NCBI GenBank assembly: GCA_964616655.1
Contig: CAZTSC010000012.1
Span: forward strand, 211-64,210
Direction of reading: 5' to 3'
DNA: 64,000 bases
Origin: an uncultured Faecalibacterium sp.
GTDB lineage: Bacteria > Bacillota > Clostridia > Oscillospirales > Acutalibacteraceae
Shown here: one piece after another, positions 61,132 through 64,000 of the stretch
Layout of the letters: each line of letters begins with the position of its first letter
How positions within the stretch are numbered: the stretch's first letter is position 1
Made by a program: the position numbers and the translations under genes
Notes under the pieces: model-generated
What the model was told of the DNA's origin: nothing
Database searches by the model: none
What the model saw: the letters and a program-made list of their open reading frames with translations, nothing else

Positions 61132-63867
61132 ATGAAGCATTATCTTGAAGAAGCTCAGTCTGTTTTAAAGGAACTTAAAACAACAGAAAACGGACTTAGC
61201 TCAGATGAAGCGAAAAAAAGACTTGAGCAGAACGGCAAGAATAAGCTCAAGGAAGCTGAAAAGGAAAGCCTTTTCAAAAAGTTCATCGGTTCACTTGCAG
61301 ATCCGATGATAATTATGCTCTTGGTTGCTGCGGTTATTCAGGCGGTCGTTACCGTTGTTGAGGCCGGTGGTAAACCCGGAGTAAAGGATTTCGCCGATGT
61401 TATCGTTATTTTGGTTGTTGTTATTATTAACACGATCATGAGCCTTGTTCAGGAAAGCAAGGCGGAGGCTGCTATGGAAGCCTTGATGCAGATGACGGCG
61501 GCTACAAGCAAGATACTTCGTGACGGCGAAATAGTTGTTATTAAGAGCGAAGATATCGTTGTCGGCGATGTTGTCGTTCTTGAAGCAGGTGATGCCGTTC
61601 CCGCTGACTGTCGAATCCTTGAGTCACACTCAATTAAGTGCGAGGAAGCTGCTCTTACCGGTGAATCTGTACCCGTCAGTAAGATAGTTGACGTTCTGAT
61701 GTGCAAGGATTCAAATGGCGATGTCGCACTCGGTGACAGAAAGAATATGCTCTATAGCGGTTCAACGGTAGTTTACGGTAGAGGTAAGGCTGTGGTTACG
61801 GCAGTCGGTATGGATACCGAAATGGGTAAGATCGCAGGCGCACTTTCAGCCGCAGAAAAAGAGCAGACACCACTTCAAAAGAAGATGGCTGAGCTTTCAG
61901 CTTTCTTGACGAAGCTTGTTATCGGCATATGCGTTGTCGTTTTTGCAGTTGGCGTTATCGAGGGTATGGTTTTACATGGCGGTTTCGATTGGTCATTCTT
62001 CGGTCAGACCTCACTTGATACATTTATTGCGGCTATCGCTCTTGCGGTTGCAGCTATTCCTGAGGGCTTACCCGCTGTTGTCACGATCATTCTTTCAATT
62101 GGTGTCACTTCAATGAGCAAGCGTCAAGCTCTTATCAGAAAGCTTACAGCCGTTGAAACACTCGGTTGTACACAGATAATTTGTTCTGACAAGACAGGTA
62201 CGCTTACACAGAATAAGATGACGGTTGTTGACGAATTCACAACCGATAAAGAGCTTTTGGCAAAAGCGATGGCTCTTTGCTCCGATGCCGAAATAAAGCC
62301 GGGCGAAGAAACCTCAACAGGTGAACCTACAGAATGTGCGCTTGTCAATTACGCAAATTCTCTTGGTATGCCAAAATATGAGCTTGAAAAAGTCTCACCT
62401 CGTGTTGGTGAAGCTCCTTTTGACTCAGGCAGAAAGATGATGTCAACCGTACACGAATTTGACGGAAAATATATGCAGTTCACAAAGGGAGCTTGTGACG
62501 TAATGCTTAAACGCTGCGTTGGCTATCATAAAGACGGTCAGGTAGTTCCCATGACCGATGAGCTTATTGGCGAGATAAACAAGATGAACAAAGCATTTGC
62601 CGATAAGGCATTGCGTGTTCTCTGTGCGGCATATAGAGTACATGATAGTATGCCTGCTTCCTGTGAACCCGATGAGCTTGAGCATGATCTTGTGTTTGTC
62701 GGCATAGTCGGCATGATAGATCCTTGCCGTCCTGAGGTTTATGATGCCATTAAGGAATGTCGTATGGCAGGTATCCGCCCGATAATGATAACGGGTGACC
62801 ATAAGGACACTGCGGTTGCTATAGGTAAAGATCTTGGAATAATTACCGATGAGAACGAAGCTATAGTCGGCGCAGAGCTTGATAAATTCACCGATGAAGA
62901 ACTTATTGAAGAAGTAGTAAAATACTCAGTTTACGCAAGAGTTCAGCCTGAACATAAGACAAGAATTGTCAAAGCATGGAAGGCGAGAGGCATGGTAACA
63001 GCCATGACCGGTGACGGTGTAAACGATGCTCCGTCAATCAAAGCGTCTGATATCGGCATAGGTATGGGTATCACAGGCACAGACGTCACAAAAGGCGTTG
63101 CCGACATGGTACTTGCAGATGATAATTTTGCAACAATAGTCAATGCTGTCGAAGAAGGCAGAAAGATTTATGACAATGTTTGCAAGGTTCTTCAATTCCA
63201 GCTTTCAACAAATATGTCTGAGGTTATTATAATGTTTATAGCCTCAATTCTGAACTTTACAATACTTTCACCTGTCCATCTTCTTTGGATAAATATGGTA
63301 ACAGACTCACTTCCGGGCCTTGCACTCGGCATGGAAAAAGCTGAGGGCAACCTCATGAGAAGAAAACCGAGAGCAACAACTGACGGTATATTCTCAAACG
63401 GTGCCGGTTTCGATATGGTATGGCAGGGCATATATCTTGCAATTGTAGAGATAGCTGCTTATCTTATCGGTTACTACCTTGAGCCTGCCGGCGGTGGCAG
63501 AGGCTTCGCAGGCTTCTTCAGCGGTGAGCAGTGCGTAAACGCTATGGCTATGGCTTTCCTTGTTGTTAACTTCTCAGAGATGATGTGTGCTATCAATATG
63601 CGTTCAAGAACAGGCTCTATCTTCTCTAAGCATATGTTCAAGAACATGAACTGGTGGCTTGTCGGCTCATTCTTTGTTACAACAGCTCTTACTCTTGCTG
63701 CTGTTTACGTTCCGGGCCTTTGCACAGTATTTGGTATTGAACCGGGTACATTCCAGCTTGAAGAATTGCTTATTTCATTTGCACTTGCAGTATCAACACT
63801 TCCTGCTTTTGAAATAGGCAAGGCGATTCACAGAGCGATCGACAGAAGAAAGCAGAAAAAAGCATAA
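61132..63867 (+). CDS. Cation-transporting P-type ATPase, type IIA (Ca2+/Mn2+ pump-like)
   Basis: TGES (LTGESVP), the phosphorylation site CSDKTGTLTQN and TGDGVNDAP. 911 aa with a 10-TM layout. Confidence 0.9.
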   Translation: MKHYLEEAQSVLKELKTTENGLSSDEAKKRLEQNGKNKLKEAEKESLFKKFIGSLADPMIIMLLVAAVIQAVVTVVEAGGKPGVKDFADVIVILVVVIINTIMSLVQESKAEAAMEALMQMTAATSKILRDGEIVVIKSEDIVVGDVVVLEAGDAVPADCRILESHSIKCEEAALTGESVPVSKIVDVLMCKDSNGDVALGDRKNMLYSGSTVVYGRGKAVVTAVGMDTEMGKIAGALSAAEKEQTPLQKKMAELSAFLTKLVIGICVVVFAVGVIEGMVLHGGFDWSFFGQTSLDTFIAAIALAVAAIPEGLPAVVTIILSIGVTSMSKRQALIRKLTAVETLGCTQIICSDKTGTLTQNKMTVVDEFTTDKELLAKAMALCSDAEIKPGEETSTGEPTECALVNYANSLGMPKYELEKVSPRVGEAPFDSGRKMMSTVHEFDGKYMQFTKGACDVMLKRCVGYHKDGQVVPMTDELIGEINKMNKAFADKALRVLCAAYRVHDSMPASCEPDELEHDLVFVGIVGMIDPCRPEVYDAIKECRMAGIRPIMITGDHKDTAVAIGKDLGIITDENEAIVGAELDKFTDEELIEEVVKYSVYARVQPEHKTRIVKAWKARGMVTAMTGDGVNDAPSIKASDIGIGMGITGTDVTKGVADMVLADDNFATIVNAVEEGRKIYDNVCKVLQFQLSTNMSEVIIMFIASILNFTILSPVHLLWINMVTDSLPGLALGMEKAEGNLMRRKPRATTDGIFSNGAGFDMVWQGIYLAIVEIAAYLIGYYLEPAGGGRGFAGFFSGEQCVNAMAMAFLVVNFSEMMCAINMRSRTGSIFSKHMFKNMNWWLVGSFFVTTALTLAAVYVPGLCTVFGIEPGTFQLEELLISFALAVSTLPAFEIGKAIHRAIDRRKQKKA

Positions 63868-63880
63868 TTTTATAAAAAAC

Positions 63881-63915
63881 AATGCTGCGTTTATTTTATT
63901 CGCAGCATTGCTTTT
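63881..63915 (+). terminator. Terminator of the ATPase gene
   Basis: aatgctgcg-N11-cgcagcatt followed by gcttttc. A second perfect 12-bp hairpin lies at 63929-63965. Confidence 0.7.
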
Positions 63916-64000
63916 CACCCGATATGTTTCTTTCGGTACGCTGAAGTCCACATCGTACCGAAAGATATTGGCCGAAAAAATAAGTTTTAAGCAATAAAAC

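Overview
This 64 kb window looks like chromosome from a low-GC Gram-positive anaerobe, probably Clostridia-like. That guess rests on a T-box leader, two yybP-ykoY leaders, tig-clpP-clpX synteny, GGAGG ribosome-binding sites and many TTGACA-17-TATAAT promoters. Most of it is housekeeping: lepB, hslO, rnhB, yraN, thrC, tig-clpP-clpX, metG-tatD, and a nine-gene arginine operon argGHCJBDF-carAB on the minus strand. Carbohydrate and transport genes are interspersed: two GH2 hydrolases, a GPH symporter, a PF04392-type ABC importer, mntP, queT and a P-type ATPase. I found no rRNA, tRNA, CRISPR array, transposase or phage gene. The items most worth a second look: (1) A family of at least five same-orientation GC-rich intergenic repeats. 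Conserved blocks (TTGGCAC, GTACACAC, a GCCCGC-TTC-GCGGGC hairpin) flank stems whose sequences differ between copies but stay complementary. (2) A translationally coupled operon at 10287-16588 whose gene content matches the sulfoquinovose sulfo-transaldolase (SFT) pathway. It has a perfect consensus promoter, a 21-bp palindromic operator and a ROK regulator, and its YihQ-like glycosidase seems to carry Gln where I recall a sulfonate-binding Arg. (3) A surface-protein gene split by a frameshift at an A6 tract. (4) A Tyr/Phe-rich leader ORF plus terminator upstream of the ABC importer, next to a Trp T-box-controlled trpB2. (5) Two Mn-type riboswitches, one controlling mntP and one a P-type ATPase. 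(6) A membrane-anchored kinase-like protein that lacks the catalytic Asp. All calls come from reading the sequence and the ORF track and from remembered family motifs; no searches were run.
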